From an uncultured Bacteroidota bacterium (GTDB taxonomy: Bacteria > Bacteroidota > Bacteroidia > Bacteroidales > VadinHA17), in contig CAIJYD010000099.1 of the NCBI GenBank assembly GCA_903824785.1, positions 35,662 through 99,661 on the forward strand: a stretch of 64,000 bases of DNA, given 5' to 3'. The position numbers and the translations under genes are program-made. The notes under the pieces are model-generated. The model did no database searches. It was not told the DNA's origin and worked only from the letters and a program-made list of their open reading frames with translations. Numbering within the stretch: the stretch's first letter is position 1; the number at the start of each line of letters is the position of its first letter. Positions 30,000 through 39,342 of the stretch are shown here, one piece after another.

Positions 30000-30233
30000 T
30001 CAATCGTTTGCATCGTCTTTTGTAAAGAAGACCTCAGCAATTTTAACATACGCCCTGTAAGCCCTGTATAAACCGTAAAATATAAAAGTTGATCCCATTA
30101 AGACACGTACAGCCCTGTCCAGATAACTAAAATCAGAAAAAAAAGTCAGATAAGTGCCAATCCCAAGATAAAAAAACACCATAAAAATAGAAAAGATGGC
30201 CATTACCTGTTGCATTAGTTTGTTCTCAGTCAT
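30000..30233 (-). CDS. Small two-TM membrane protein (unknown function)
   Basis: 77 aa with two clear hydrophobic helices, co-oriented upstream of the PstS-like gene. Confidence 0.5.
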   Translation of the reverse strand: MTENKLMQQVMAIFSIFMVFFYLGIGTYLTFFSDFSYLDRAVRVLMGSTFIFYGLYRAYRAYVKIAEVFFTKDDAND

Positions 30234-30328
30234 GTTATAATATTTTATGTGTTAAATAAACAAAAAAACAGTTTCTTTTCAAAATAAAACAAAAAATTAC
30301 GTTACAAAACAATCAATAATTACCCTCA

Positions 30329-31552
30329 TTACCTAAATAAAATTGAACAATCACCATAACTTAGAAACCTGAAATCATTTTCCAGAGCATAATTGTAAAT
30401 GCTTTTCCAGTTACTGCCTGTCCATGCCGATATAAGGAGAAGCAATGTACTTCGTGGTTGATGAAAGTTTGTGATAATCCCGTTTATCATCCTGAAATCA
30501 TAACCGGGAATGATAATAATACTTGTTGAAGCATGTATATAAGGTAGCTTATGCAGATTAATAAAGCTCAGTAAAGCTTTCATGGATTCTGCTGCAGATA
30601 TACTTCCACCTGTGTCATAAGGTTCCCACTGACCAATCGAAAATTCAGTCTGGAAACCCGGCTTCTCTTTTATGATTTTTGCTCCAAGCCAGTACAAACT
30701 TTCAAGTGTCCTGACCGATGTTGTTCCAACGGGGATAATTTTCCCCCTGTTATCAAGTATCAGTTTAATTGTTTTCGCGGTAACAAAGAAATGCTCGCAA
30801 TGCATTTCATGAGTAGATATTGTTTTACTCTTTACCGGTTTAAAGGTACCGGCACCGACATGAAGGGTCACTTCCGCTGTTTTAATCTTCTTTTCCTTAA
30901 GCTTTTTGAATACCTGTTCCGTAAAATGCAAACCTGCAGTTGGTGCTGCTACTGATCCTTTTATGGATGAATAAACTGTCTGATACCTTTCAATGTCCTC
31001 AGCTTCATCCATGCGATTGATATATGGTGGCAAAGGAATATGACCCGTTGCATCTATAACTTCACCAAAACTCAAATGCGGAGTGTCCCAGCTAAACCTG
31101 ATCCCGATGGCATCACCATCAGGCTGAAGCTTTTCAGCCGTTAACCTGTACTCTTTTCCTTCAAATTCAAATGAAGCAGCGATCTCTCCGCTTTTCCATT
31201 TCTTAAGATTTCCCACTATGCATTTCCATTCAACAGGATCTTTCGAACTTAATGATAATTCATATTCAAAAGGAGAGAGTGGCTCGAGACAGAGAATCTC
31301 TATTTCAGCTCCGGTCTCTTTGCGGAAGAGAATGCGGGCGCGTATTACCCGGGTATTATTAAAAACCAAAAGGGAATCAGAGGGGATATAGTTATCAATA
31401 TTTCTGAAAATGTCTTTGGATATCTTATTTCCTTTATAAATGAGCAATTGAGATTGATCTCTTTCATTAACAGGATATTGGGCGATCCTTTTCAGGGGAA
31501 GGTCGTAATCATAAACTTTAAGGTCTTTATTTCGTATGTCTGCTATCTCCAT
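30329..31552 (-). CDS. queA: S-adenosylmethionine:tRNA ribosyltransferase-isomerase
   Basis: 407 aa. YDYDLPLKRIAQYP N-terminus, GHIPLPPYI, VAAPTAGLHFT and GTTSVRTLES motifs. Longer than typical QueA because of an insertion. Confidence 0.9.
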   Translation of the reverse strand: MEIADIRNKDLKVYDYDLPLKRIAQYPVNERDQSQLLIYKGNKISKDIFRNIDNYIPSDSLLVFNNTRVIRARILFRKETGAEIEILCLEPLSPFEYELSLSSKDPVEWKCIVGNLKKWKSGEIAASFEFEGKEYRLTAEKLQPDGDAIGIRFSWDTPHLSFGEVIDATGHIPLPPYINRMDEAEDIERYQTVYSSIKGSVAAPTAGLHFTEQVFKKLKEKKIKTAEVTLHVGAGTFKPVKSKTISTHEMHCEHFFVTAKTIKLILDNRGKIIPVGTTSVRTLESLYWLGAKIIKEKPGFQTEFSIGQWEPYDTGGSISAAESMKALLSFINLHKLPYIHASTSIIIIPGYDFRMINGIITNFHQPRSTLLLLISAWTGSNWKSIYNYALENDFRFLSYGDCSILFR

Positions 31553-31761
31553 TATACTTTCACTTATGCACTTAATTTAAAATCATTATATTGCCACCAT
31601 TGCTTAATTTATTGGCTGAACTCCATGGAGAGGATTCAAATAAATATTTTTGCTGAATCCTGTTGCCATTTCACTTCATGTTTTTGTGATTTTATCCTCT
31701 GCAAATATAACTATTTATTTAGTTATATGCAAAAAAATCTTATTTTTATTATCTTTGCAAC

Positions 31762-32141
31762 GCAGCAGGCTGTTCTATCGCCTTCCGCCAAGGCGGAGGG
31801 AGGAAAGTCCGGGCAACACAGAGCACCATGCTTCCTAACGGGAAGATATCCGTGAGGGTATAGTAGTGTAACAGAAAATAACCGCCTCTGACTTAATTGT
31901 CAGCGGTAAGGGTGAAAAGGTGAGGTAAGAGCTTACCGGTTCTGGTGGCAACATCAGGAGCCGTACTCCTTATGGGTTGAAAGACCATGTATACCGGCGA
32001 TAAGGGCTGCTCGTCCGATGCCGGGGGGTAGGTCGTATGAGTCGTGCAGCGATGCCCGACCAAGATAAATGATGGAAACCGGTTTTAATTTCTTTTGCAG
32101 AAACCAAAACCGTACAGAAACCGGCTTACAGGCCAGCTGCT
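31762..32141 (+). ncRNA. rnpB: RNase P RNA, bacterial type A
   Basis: Universal blocks read directly: GGGAGGAAAGTCCGGGC (about 31796-31815), GGTAAGGGTGAAAAGGTGAGGTAAGAGC, and ACAGAAACCGGCTTACAGGCC (32114 onward). The 5' GCAGC and 3' GCTGC ends can pair as P1. Exact ends are uncertain to about 5 nt. Confidence 0.9.
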
Positions 32142-32147
32142 ATAAAA

Positions 32148-32171
32148 AAGACGAGCAAATTTGCCCGTCTT
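32148..32171 (+). terminator. Terminator hairpin directly after rnpB
   Basis: AAGACGAGCAAA / TTTGCCCGTCTT stem with one mismatch, followed by TTCTT. Confidence 0.55.
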
Positions 32172-32173
32172 TC

Positions 32174-32202
32174 TTATGTGCGCCCATGCCGGGCGCACAT
32201 AA
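32174..32202. other. Perfect 12-bp GC-rich hairpin (TTATGTGCGCCC / GGGCGCACATAA)
   Basis: Read directly, 5-nt loop. No clear U-tract on either strand. It lies between the two terminator-like hairpins. Confidence 0.7.
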
Positions 32203-32204
32203 AA

Positions 32205-32233
32205 TAGGAGGAAACTATTTTATTTTCCTCCTA
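32205..32233 (-). terminator. Terminator hairpin for the minus-strand LolA-like / kdsA transcription unit
   Basis: TAGGAGGAAA / TTTCCTCCTA perfect 10-bp stem. On the minus strand it is followed by TTTTAT. Confidence 0.6.
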
Positions 32234-32307
32234 CTCGATTTTCATGAATATTTTATAGCTCAGATAATCAGCCGATTATAAGCCCGTATCAAAAATATAC
32301 TGTTTAA

Positions 32308-33012
32308 TTACTTTACTTTGAATACAGCATCATCCATTGGAATATTTACTTCAATATTATCAAAGGTTATAACTGCAGCTTCCATGCCATTTGCCATAGC
32401 CGTGGTTTTCTTTGGCATTACAACGCCTTGAATATCAGTATATTCAGTCATAAAAGATTCAACGTCCATCTGAGTTCCCATCTGGTCGACAGTAGTTTTG
32501 GTTTTAACGAGCAGACTAGTTCCCTTGTCCAGGAACATAAAAACAGGTTTTCCTCCGGCTACATTTATTTTAAGCTTATGAGCAGGTTTTCCATTTACAT
32601 CTTCAGAACCTTCAAGAGTAATCTGACCGTTTTTAAAATAGTTAAGTAATTCATTCCTGAAAACATTATTGTTCTGTACCTGCTTTAACTGATCGCCTGT
32701 TAATTCTACAGGTGCACTTGATCCGGTCATTGGATTCATCATATATCCCTTCTGGCCATCAAACACAGAAATCATATCCTGACCATTGAAAGTGTATGCT
32801 ACCTTTATTTTATCAGGGTTTTTCATGAACATAACCATTGGCATTTCCATTCCCATGGCTGACATTTTTCCTGTGATCTTTATGGTTTTAACACTGGAAA
32901 GCTTGTCGGATTTCATAGCGGCTGAGTAGTTTTTGACAATCTCATCCAATGACTGGGCATTAATGACAGCAACTGCAATAAGTCCTGTCAGAACAAATAC
33001 AATTTTTTTCAT
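32308..33012 (-). CDS. Secreted Met-rich protein, LolA-like / outer-membrane lipoprotein-sorting fold (tentative)
   Basis: 234 aa with a signal peptide (…VINAQ). Alternating beta pattern and general resemblance to LolA-like Bacteroidota proteins. The family call is from memory only. Confidence 0.4.
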   Translation of the reverse strand: MKKIVFVLTGLIAVAVINAQSLDEIVKNYSAAMKSDKLSSVKTIKITGKMSAMGMEMPMVMFMKNPDKIKVAYTFNGQDMISVFDGQKGYMMNPMTGSSAPVELTGDQLKQVQNNNVFRNELLNYFKNGQITLEGSEDVNGKPAHKLKINVAGGKPVFMFLDKGTSLLVKTKTTVDQMGTQMDVESFMTEYTDIQGVVMPKKTTAMANGMEAAVITFDNIEVNIPMDDAVFKVK

Positions 33013-33035
33013 GGTATTGGTTTTAAAATGTTAAA

Positions 33036-33863
33036 TTAAAAGGAGTTTATTGTTTTTCTAAGCGCAACGAGCCTCTTTAATAAATTATCCATTTCGGAAA
33101 GCTTCAGCATATTTGCTCCGTCCGATTTGGCAACAGCAGGGTTTGGATGGGTTTCGATGAAGATTCCGTCGGCGCCTACACTTATTGCAGCCCTGCCGAT
33201 TGTCTCTATCATCGCGGGTTTTCCTCCGGATATCCCTTCAGCCTGATTTGGCTGCTGAAGCGAATGGGTTATATCCATAATCACCGGTACTCCGATATTT
33301 TTCATCTCCGGAATGTTTCTGAAGTCAACTACAATATCCTGATAACCAAACATATTACCTCTGTCAGTGAGCATAATATTGTTATTTCCCGACTCTCTTA
33401 CCTTTTCTGCTGCAAACCTCATTGATGATCCGGATAAAAACTGACCTTTCTTAATATTTACCCACCTGCCGGTTTTTGCCGCCGCAGCAAGCAGATCGGT
33501 CTGTCTGCATAAAAAGGCCGGAATCTGCAATATATCGACATATTCAGCAGCAATATCTGCTTCATTAGGGTTATGTATATCGGTTATTACCGGGACAGAA
33601 TATCTTTTCCGGACCTCAGCCAGGATTCTGAGAGCCTTTGTATCTCCGATTCCTGTAAAAGAATCGCTTTTTGACCTGTTTGCCTTTCTGTATGATGCTT
33701 TAAAGACAAACGGAAGGTTGTATTTTTCTGAAAGCATCACCAGATGTTCCGCAGTTTCAAAAACTACCTCTTCACTTTCTATTACGCACGGACCAGCAAT
33801 TAAAAGAAAATTGCCTGATTCACTAAATTGTAGTCCCGGAATATTTATTGCAGCTATTGACAT
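33036..33863 (-). CDS. kdsA: 3-deoxy-8-phosphooctulonate (KDO-8-P) synthase
   Basis: 275 aa. FKASYRKANRS, QIPAFLCRQTDLL, DITHSLQQP and GIFIETHPNP motifs. Confidence 0.93.
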   Translation of the reverse strand: MSIAAINIPGLQFSESGNFLLIAGPCVIESEEVVFETAEHLVMLSEKYNLPFVFKASYRKANRSKSDSFTGIGDTKALRILAEVRKRYSVPVITDIHNPNEADIAAEYVDILQIPAFLCRQTDLLAAAAKTGRWVNIKKGQFLSGSSMRFAAEKVRESGNNNIMLTDRGNMFGYQDIVVDFRNIPEMKNIGVPVIMDITHSLQQPNQAEGISGGKPAMIETIGRAAISVGADGIFIETHPNPAVAKSDGANMLKLSEMDNLLKRLVALRKTINSF

Positions 33864-33922
33864 ATTATTAACAAAGGTAAATAAAAATAAATATTATATA
33901 GAATCATTAGAAAAAAAATCTT

Positions 33923-33999
33923 AGTGCGGCATCCCCATCTTTGCCTCGCAGAGAGGCGATTGCTGAGCGAAGTCGAAGCCGGGATCAAAGGGGTGATTG
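33923..33999. repeat. Short GC-rich palindromic (REP-like) intergenic element
   Basis: Local hairpin GCCTC-gcaga-GAGGC. The core TGCTGAGCGAAGTCGAAGC resembles the GAGCG…CGA(A/G)G core of the element at 53890-54097. The GC content contrasts with the AT-rich flanks. Confidence 0.3.
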
Positions 34000-34015
34000 T
34001 CTGGTTTTTCAATTT

Positions 34016-35839
34016 CTATCTTGCAGCAGTTATTTCAGCCATCAGCCATATCGTGTAGGCAACCATTGGGGTCCAGTATTCTGACTGCTGGTAATTATTC
34101 TCCGTAATTAAATGGGGTTGGTCTGAGGCATCGCCTCCAAGACCATTCATCACACCTCCGGGTATTAAGGGAGTTGCAGGCCTGAATTCGCTGCCAGCCA
34201 TTATTTTTGGCTGATTATAACCAACAGACATAATAGTGGAACTTGCGAAAGGATTGACTCCGACTATCCAGTCGAGCTGCTTCTGTGCAGCTCCTTTAAG
34301 TTTCGGATCATTCAGAATGGTCCCGGCTTTCATCAGGCCGATTCCGGCAGAGGCAAGATTTGCATTTATACCTACCCACCAGCTAAGGTCCGGATGCATA
34401 AAATAGCGGTACCAGTATTCGCCGCTCTTCCTGTTTCCACCCGGATCCTGTTTTGTAAATAGGCCGTAGGGAACAATACCAAAACCATTCTTTTGTGAAA
34501 AAAATAACAGATAATCATAAGCATAGCTGCTGATCATTTCTTTCCATACCGGAACATCTTTATGTGTTGGGAAAGCCAATATCAGATCACAAACTGAAAT
34601 GAATTCCTGGCATCCGTTTGATATTTGCTTAAATGGTTCCTGTTTGGTTGCTGAAGTAAAATAAAAGCCTCCTGCAACTCCCGGTTTTTTCTCTGCCTGC
34701 AAAACTTTTAATTCAGCAGCCTTTGCGACTGCAAATTCCTTGTAAAGGTCCTGTTTTGTGGTTTTATACAATTCAATGCCAGCCTCTACAGCAGCACCAA
34801 GTGTTCCTGCATCACTTTTGCCTGTTGTTTTAAGGCACCATTCATAACATTTTACTGCGGCATTAAGGCACTTTTTTGAATATTCATTGTCAATGCCTTT
34901 TGTTATTCCTGCCAAAAGTGCCTCAGAAATTATGAAATTGTATTGAGCTACCATTCCTGCCGGGTCGGTGCGGATAACCCTGTCATCATTTGTACCGAAT
35001 ATCAGCATATCCTGTGCGGATTTACCGGTATTTGGTTTTACAAAAGCTATTTCTCCGCCTTCCGGACCAATTTCATTGTTTGTCCATCGGTTACTGTCGG
35101 AATGTTTTTTTGCATCGCCTCCTACAAAATTCATTATATAACCCTGTGGTTCCTGCATCTTTAAGAAATAGAGGTTTCCCCACTTAAGCTCATCCAGGAT
35201 CTTTGGACGGCTGATGTCTTTCTTATCCTTCAGTTCATAGGTTTTTCCCAGACCTACCATTCCATATATTGTTGCTCCAACCCATTTCCTCAAATCGCTT
35301 GCATCATGCCATCCGCCGCTGACATCCTGATGTTTGCCATTATCCATTCTTATTCCGTCATCAAGGTGGCATGGGGTTACAAAACCTGCCGGACTTGGTC
35401 CGCAGCGCTGAAGAGAAAAATAACCAACAATCAGATCCATTGGTGAACGATATATATCATCTGAAATGGTAAACGGATATGATCGCAGAGTATCAGATTT
35501 AATATAGTAATGACCAGATTGGGTTAGAGAGCTGAAATCCCCTTTTGAATAATCTCCAAAATCACCCGGATCAGGAATCATTTCACCTGTAAAAACCACT
35601 TTCTGATTTTCCACATTTATTACCTCAAATTGCCCGCTTCTTATTCCCTTTGTAACAAATGTCTTGCCTGAATTTGGTACAAAACCTACCTGGTTCACAA
35701 GCAGGTCAATATTTAAATCCCTTGATAATCTTTGGGATTTAAGATCAGTTCCCGTCATTAAGAGTACAAGGCATAAAATAGTTAAGTTTAATAAAAGCTT
35801 TTGTACATACCTGATCCACAAAGAGTTTGAGTTATTCAT
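34016..35839 (-). CDS. Glycoside hydrolase family 9 protein with N-terminal Ig-like (CelD_N-type) domain
   Basis: 607 aa with a signal/anchor. GGWHDASDLRKW matches the GH9 GGWYDAGD block (both Asp kept). A C-terminal QQSEYWT block sits where the catalytic Glu is expected. Confidence 0.8.
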   Translation of the reverse strand: MNNSNSLWIRYVQKLLLNLTILCLVLLMTGTDLKSQRLSRDLNIDLLVNQVGFVPNSGKTFVTKGIRSGQFEVINVENQKVVFTGEMIPDPGDFGDYSKGDFSSLTQSGHYYIKSDTLRSYPFTISDDIYRSPMDLIVGYFSLQRCGPSPAGFVTPCHLDDGIRMDNGKHQDVSGGWHDASDLRKWVGATIYGMVGLGKTYELKDKKDISRPKILDELKWGNLYFLKMQEPQGYIMNFVGGDAKKHSDSNRWTNNEIGPEGGEIAFVKPNTGKSAQDMLIFGTNDDRVIRTDPAGMVAQYNFIISEALLAGITKGIDNEYSKKCLNAAVKCYEWCLKTTGKSDAGTLGAAVEAGIELYKTTKQDLYKEFAVAKAAELKVLQAEKKPGVAGGFYFTSATKQEPFKQISNGCQEFISVCDLILAFPTHKDVPVWKEMISSYAYDYLLFFSQKNGFGIVPYGLFTKQDPGGNRKSGEYWYRYFMHPDLSWWVGINANLASAGIGLMKAGTILNDPKLKGAAQKQLDWIVGVNPFASSTIMSVGYNQPKIMAGSEFRPATPLIPGGVMNGLGGDASDQPHLITENNYQQSEYWTPMVAYTIWLMAEITAAR

Positions 35840-35979
35840 ATCTGGCAGTTAATAGTTTGTAAAACATTTTCCATTTTTATCTATATCAGGATTCTTCTGA
35901 CCTGAATTATTCACGCAGAAGAGGCAGACGGACCGAAAGCTCACCAAAACCTTTTGTCATATATACCGGCAATGGGTTT

Positions 35980-37284
35980 TCAGAGATTCCCATAATTATA
36001 AATATCTTTCCACATATCCTTAAGTTTTTTCCTTATCTCTTCTTCTTTCGAATTGATCCCCGGATCATAGAAAACTGTTCCTTTCAGCTCCTCAGGAAGA
36101 AAATTTTCGACTATAAAATTTCCTGAATAGGCATGTGCATATTTATACTCTTTTCCATAACCAAGCTCCTTCATAAGTCTGGTAGGGGAGTTTCTTAAAT
36201 TCAAGGGAACAGGAAGATCACCCTCTTTCCTTACTTTTGCAATTGCATCATCTATAGCTATATAAGATGAGTTGCTCTTCTGGGAAGTTGCCAGATATAT
36301 AGCTGCTTCGGAAAGAATGATTCTTGATTCGGGCCATCCTATAACATTGACAGCATCAAAGCATGCCTGAGCCAGAAGCAAGGCATTCGGATTGGCAAGA
36401 CCAATATCTTCGGCAGCAAGTATCAGCATCCTGCGTGCTATAAACTTTGGATCTTCTCCACCTTCAACCATCCGTGCAAGCCAGTAAACAGCTGCATTGG
36501 GGTCGCTTCCCCTGAGCGACTTGATGAAAGCGGAAATAATGTCGTAATGCTGTTCTCCATTCTTATCATAAAGGGCAAGGTTCTTCTGAACATGCCTTAG
36601 GACCTTCTCATTATCAATAACAATTTTTCCGGAAGATTCCTGGTCTGCTTCTGAACTGACAACCAGTTCGAGTGCATTGTATAATTTTCTTACATCGCCA
36701 CCTGAGATACGGATAAAAGCCTCATTTTCTGTAATTTCTATATCAAAGGCAGAGAGATAGCTATCCTTTTTCAAAGCTTTGTTCATCAATTCAACCAGTT
36801 CAGTTTCACCAAGAGGAATCATGGTATAAACCTGGCATCTTGAAAGGAGAGGAGATATAACTTCAAATGAAGGATTCTCAGTTGTTGCTCCGATAAGTGT
36901 TATAACTCCCTGCTCAACTGCACTTAACAATGAATCCTGCTGCGATTTATTGAAACGGTGAATCTCATCGATAAACAGAACCGGGTTAGGCATGTTGAAA
37001 AACTGCTGTTTCTTAGCCTTTTCAATTGTCTCCCTGACATCCTTAACTCCGGAATGCACCGCACTAAGACTAAAAAAGGGTCGTTTCAGGGTATTTGCAA
37101 TAATACCGGCAAGAGTGGTTTTTCCGACACCCGGCGGTCCCCATAATATAAATGAAGGAATATTTCCCGATTCAATCAACTTTCGTAAAACACCATTTTT
37201 GCCAACAAGATGCGCCTGCCCGCTGAACTCTCCGAGCTCTCTTGGTCTTAGTCTTTCAGCCAGAGGTTGATTTGGAAGCGTCAT
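35980..37284 (-). CDS. rarA: Replication-associated recombination protein A (AAA+ ATPase)
   Basis: PLAERLRP, Walker A GPPGVGKTT, Walker B FIDEIHRFNK, and the C-terminal MgsA domain. I moved the start to the Met of MTLPNQPL (10 codons inside the track ORF). Confidence 0.92.
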   Translation of the reverse strand: MTLPNQPLAERLRPRELGEFSGQAHLVGKNGVLRKLIESGNIPSFILWGPPGVGKTTLAGIIANTLKRPFFSLSAVHSGVKDVRETIEKAKKQQFFNMPNPVLFIDEIHRFNKSQQDSLLSAVEQGVITLIGATTENPSFEVISPLLSRCQVYTMIPLGETELVELMNKALKKDSYLSAFDIEITENEAFIRISGGDVRKLYNALELVVSSEADQESSGKIVIDNEKVLRHVQKNLALYDKNGEQHYDIISAFIKSLRGSDPNAAVYWLARMVEGGEDPKFIARRMLILAAEDIGLANPNALLLAQACFDAVNVIGWPESRIILSEAAIYLATSQKSNSSYIAIDDAIAKVRKEGDLPVPLNLRNSPTRLMKELGYGKEYKYAHAYSGNFIVENFLPEELKGTVFYDPGINSKEEEIRKKLKDMWKDIYNYGNL

Positions 37285-37493
37285 AAAAATGTTTTTGTAA
37301 AAGTAATAAAACAATTTTTGTTCTCACGGATATTCTCACAAGGGGCAATAAATATTGTGATTTTGTTGTTATTATTGTATTCAGGTATTATGACTATCGG
37401 TAATTGTGAATAACGGATCAGGTAAAGACTGAAAAACAAGTAATTTATATGTTTGATTTACGATTATCATAAAATTAATAAAACAAACCGGGA

Positions 37494-39200
37494 ATGAATA
37501 AAAACCTTGCTCTTCTTTTTCTTACTGCACTTTTATCAGGATGTTCAGGGGAGATTGTCAATAAAAACTCAGATATTGTTGAAGGCTACGGTATTACGAC
37601 CGACAGCGGAATGGTGGTATCTGCCCACAGAGAGGGTTCAGTCATCGGTATAGAGATAATGAAAAAGGGAGGAAATGCAGTTGATGCGGCTGTAGCAACA
37701 GGATTTGCCCTTGCTGTTTGCTATCCTGAAGCAGGCAATATTGGAGGTGGTGGATTTATGCTTATCAGAACCGGTGCCGGAATGTGCGAAGTGATTGATT
37801 ACCGCGAAAAGGCTCCGTTGTTCGCATCTGCTGATATGTATCTCGACAAGCTTGGTAATGTTACAGAAGGGTTAAGTTTAGAAACCCACCTGGCAAGCGG
37901 TGTTCCGGGCTCTGTTGACGGTATGATAGCCGCTCATAAAAAATATGGAAAACTCCCTTTCAGAGAGGTTATTCAGCCGGCCATCGATCTTGCTGAAAAA
38001 GGGTTTCCGGTTACTGCCGAACAATCAGCGGATTTCAATGCAAACAGGGCTCACTTTATTGAAAGGAACAGGTCGTTACCAGCCTTTGTAAAAGATTCAT
38101 TGTGGAAAGCAGGTGATACTCTTATTCAGAAAGATCTTGCAGAGACACTTATCCGGATAAGAGATAACGGCAGGGAAGGATTTTATTCCGGAATTACTGC
38201 ACGCCGGATTATAAGCGAGATGAAAAGGGGGAATGGAATAATCTCTGAAATAGATTTGAATGAATACAGATCGGTATCCAGGATACCTGTTACTGCTGAT
38301 TATAAAGGCTTTAAAATCATAACCGTACCTCCTCCATCGGGTGGTGGCATAATTCTTATCCAGCTTCTCGGAATGGTTGAACCTTATCCATTGCGGGACT
38401 GGGGCTTCCATTCTCAAAAGACAATTCATCTCATAGTGGAAGCAGAAAGGAGGGCTTATGCCGACAGGTCAGAATATATGGGTGATCCTGATTTTATGAA
38501 AGTAAATGCCGGACAGCTGACCGCAAAAAAATACATTCTCGGAAGGATGAGTACATTCGATGAAAAGAGTGCTTCTCTTTCCAGAGAAATAAGCCCCGGT
38601 TCTCCGGGAACAGAGACCAGCGAAGAGACTACTCATTATTCGGTTGTTGATGCTGATGGAAATGCTGTAGCAGTAACAACCACTTTGAATGGTACTTTCG
38701 GGAACAGCATTGTGGCCGATAGTACGGGATTCCTTCTTAATAATGAAATGGATGATTTTTCAGTCAAGCCGGGTATCCCGAATATGTACGGACTGGTGGG
38801 GGGTGAATCAAATTCTGTTCAACCCGGAAAAAGAATGCTTAGCTCAATGACCCCGACAATTGTTGAAAAAGAAGGAAAACTTTTTTTAGTTGCAGGCTCC
38901 CCGGGTGGTTCAACTATTCCTACCTCTGTATTCCAGGTAATAACCAATGTGATTGATTTCGACATGAATATTCAGCAGGCCGTTGATGGAGGACGATTCC
39001 ATCACCAGTGGCTCCCCGATAATATTATTTTTGAAAAAAATGCTTTAGACAGCCTTTTAGTTCAAAAACTCGCTGAAATGGGACATGAATTAAAGTCCAG
39101 AAGCGCCATAGGAAGAGTAAATGCAATACAAATTCTTTCCGATGGAAAAAGATCAGGAGGTGCCGATAAAAGAGGAAATAATTCAGCTTGCGGATACTGA
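37494..39200 (+). CDS. ggt: Gamma-glutamyltransferase
   Basis: 568 aa with a lipoprotein-like signal (LLSGC). Autoprocessing/nucleophile context ETTHYSVVD, and GSPGGSTI near the C-terminus. Confidence 0.92.
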   Translation: MNKNLALLFLTALLSGCSGEIVNKNSDIVEGYGITTDSGMVVSAHREGSVIGIEIMKKGGNAVDAAVATGFALAVCYPEAGNIGGGGFMLIRTGAGMCEVIDYREKAPLFASADMYLDKLGNVTEGLSLETHLASGVPGSVDGMIAAHKKYGKLPFREVIQPAIDLAEKGFPVTAEQSADFNANRAHFIERNRSLPAFVKDSLWKAGDTLIQKDLAETLIRIRDNGREGFYSGITARRIISEMKRGNGIISEIDLNEYRSVSRIPVTADYKGFKIITVPPPSGGGIILIQLLGMVEPYPLRDWGFHSQKTIHLIVEAERRAYADRSEYMGDPDFMKVNAGQLTAKKYILGRMSTFDEKSASLSREISPGSPGTETSEETTHYSVVDADGNAVAVTTTLNGTFGNSIVADSTGFLLNNEMDDFSVKPGIPNMYGLVGGESNSVQPGKRMLSSMTPTIVEKEGKLFLVAGSPGGSTIPTSVFQVITNVIDFDMNIQQAVDGGRFHHQWLPDNIIFEKNALDSLLVQKLAEMGHELKSRSAIGRVNAIQILSDGKRSGGADKRGNNSACGY

Positions 39201-39342
39201 CAGTTTTTGTGGTTCAATATTTTTTACTAAATTGCCTCAGATTTATTTTCTTTAAAAAAAATAAATTAATACTTTTATAAAAGTGAAATTAGTATTTTAG
39301 TTATTATCAGATTGTAGTTATTCTATTTGAATACATTCAGTT

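Noticed and set aside
31448-32281. Track ORFs 31448-31855, 31650-31838 and 32069-32281 (plus strand)
   Set aside because: They overlap the RNase P RNA gene and its terminator hairpins. The region is explained by rnpB, whose conserved blocks are unambiguous.
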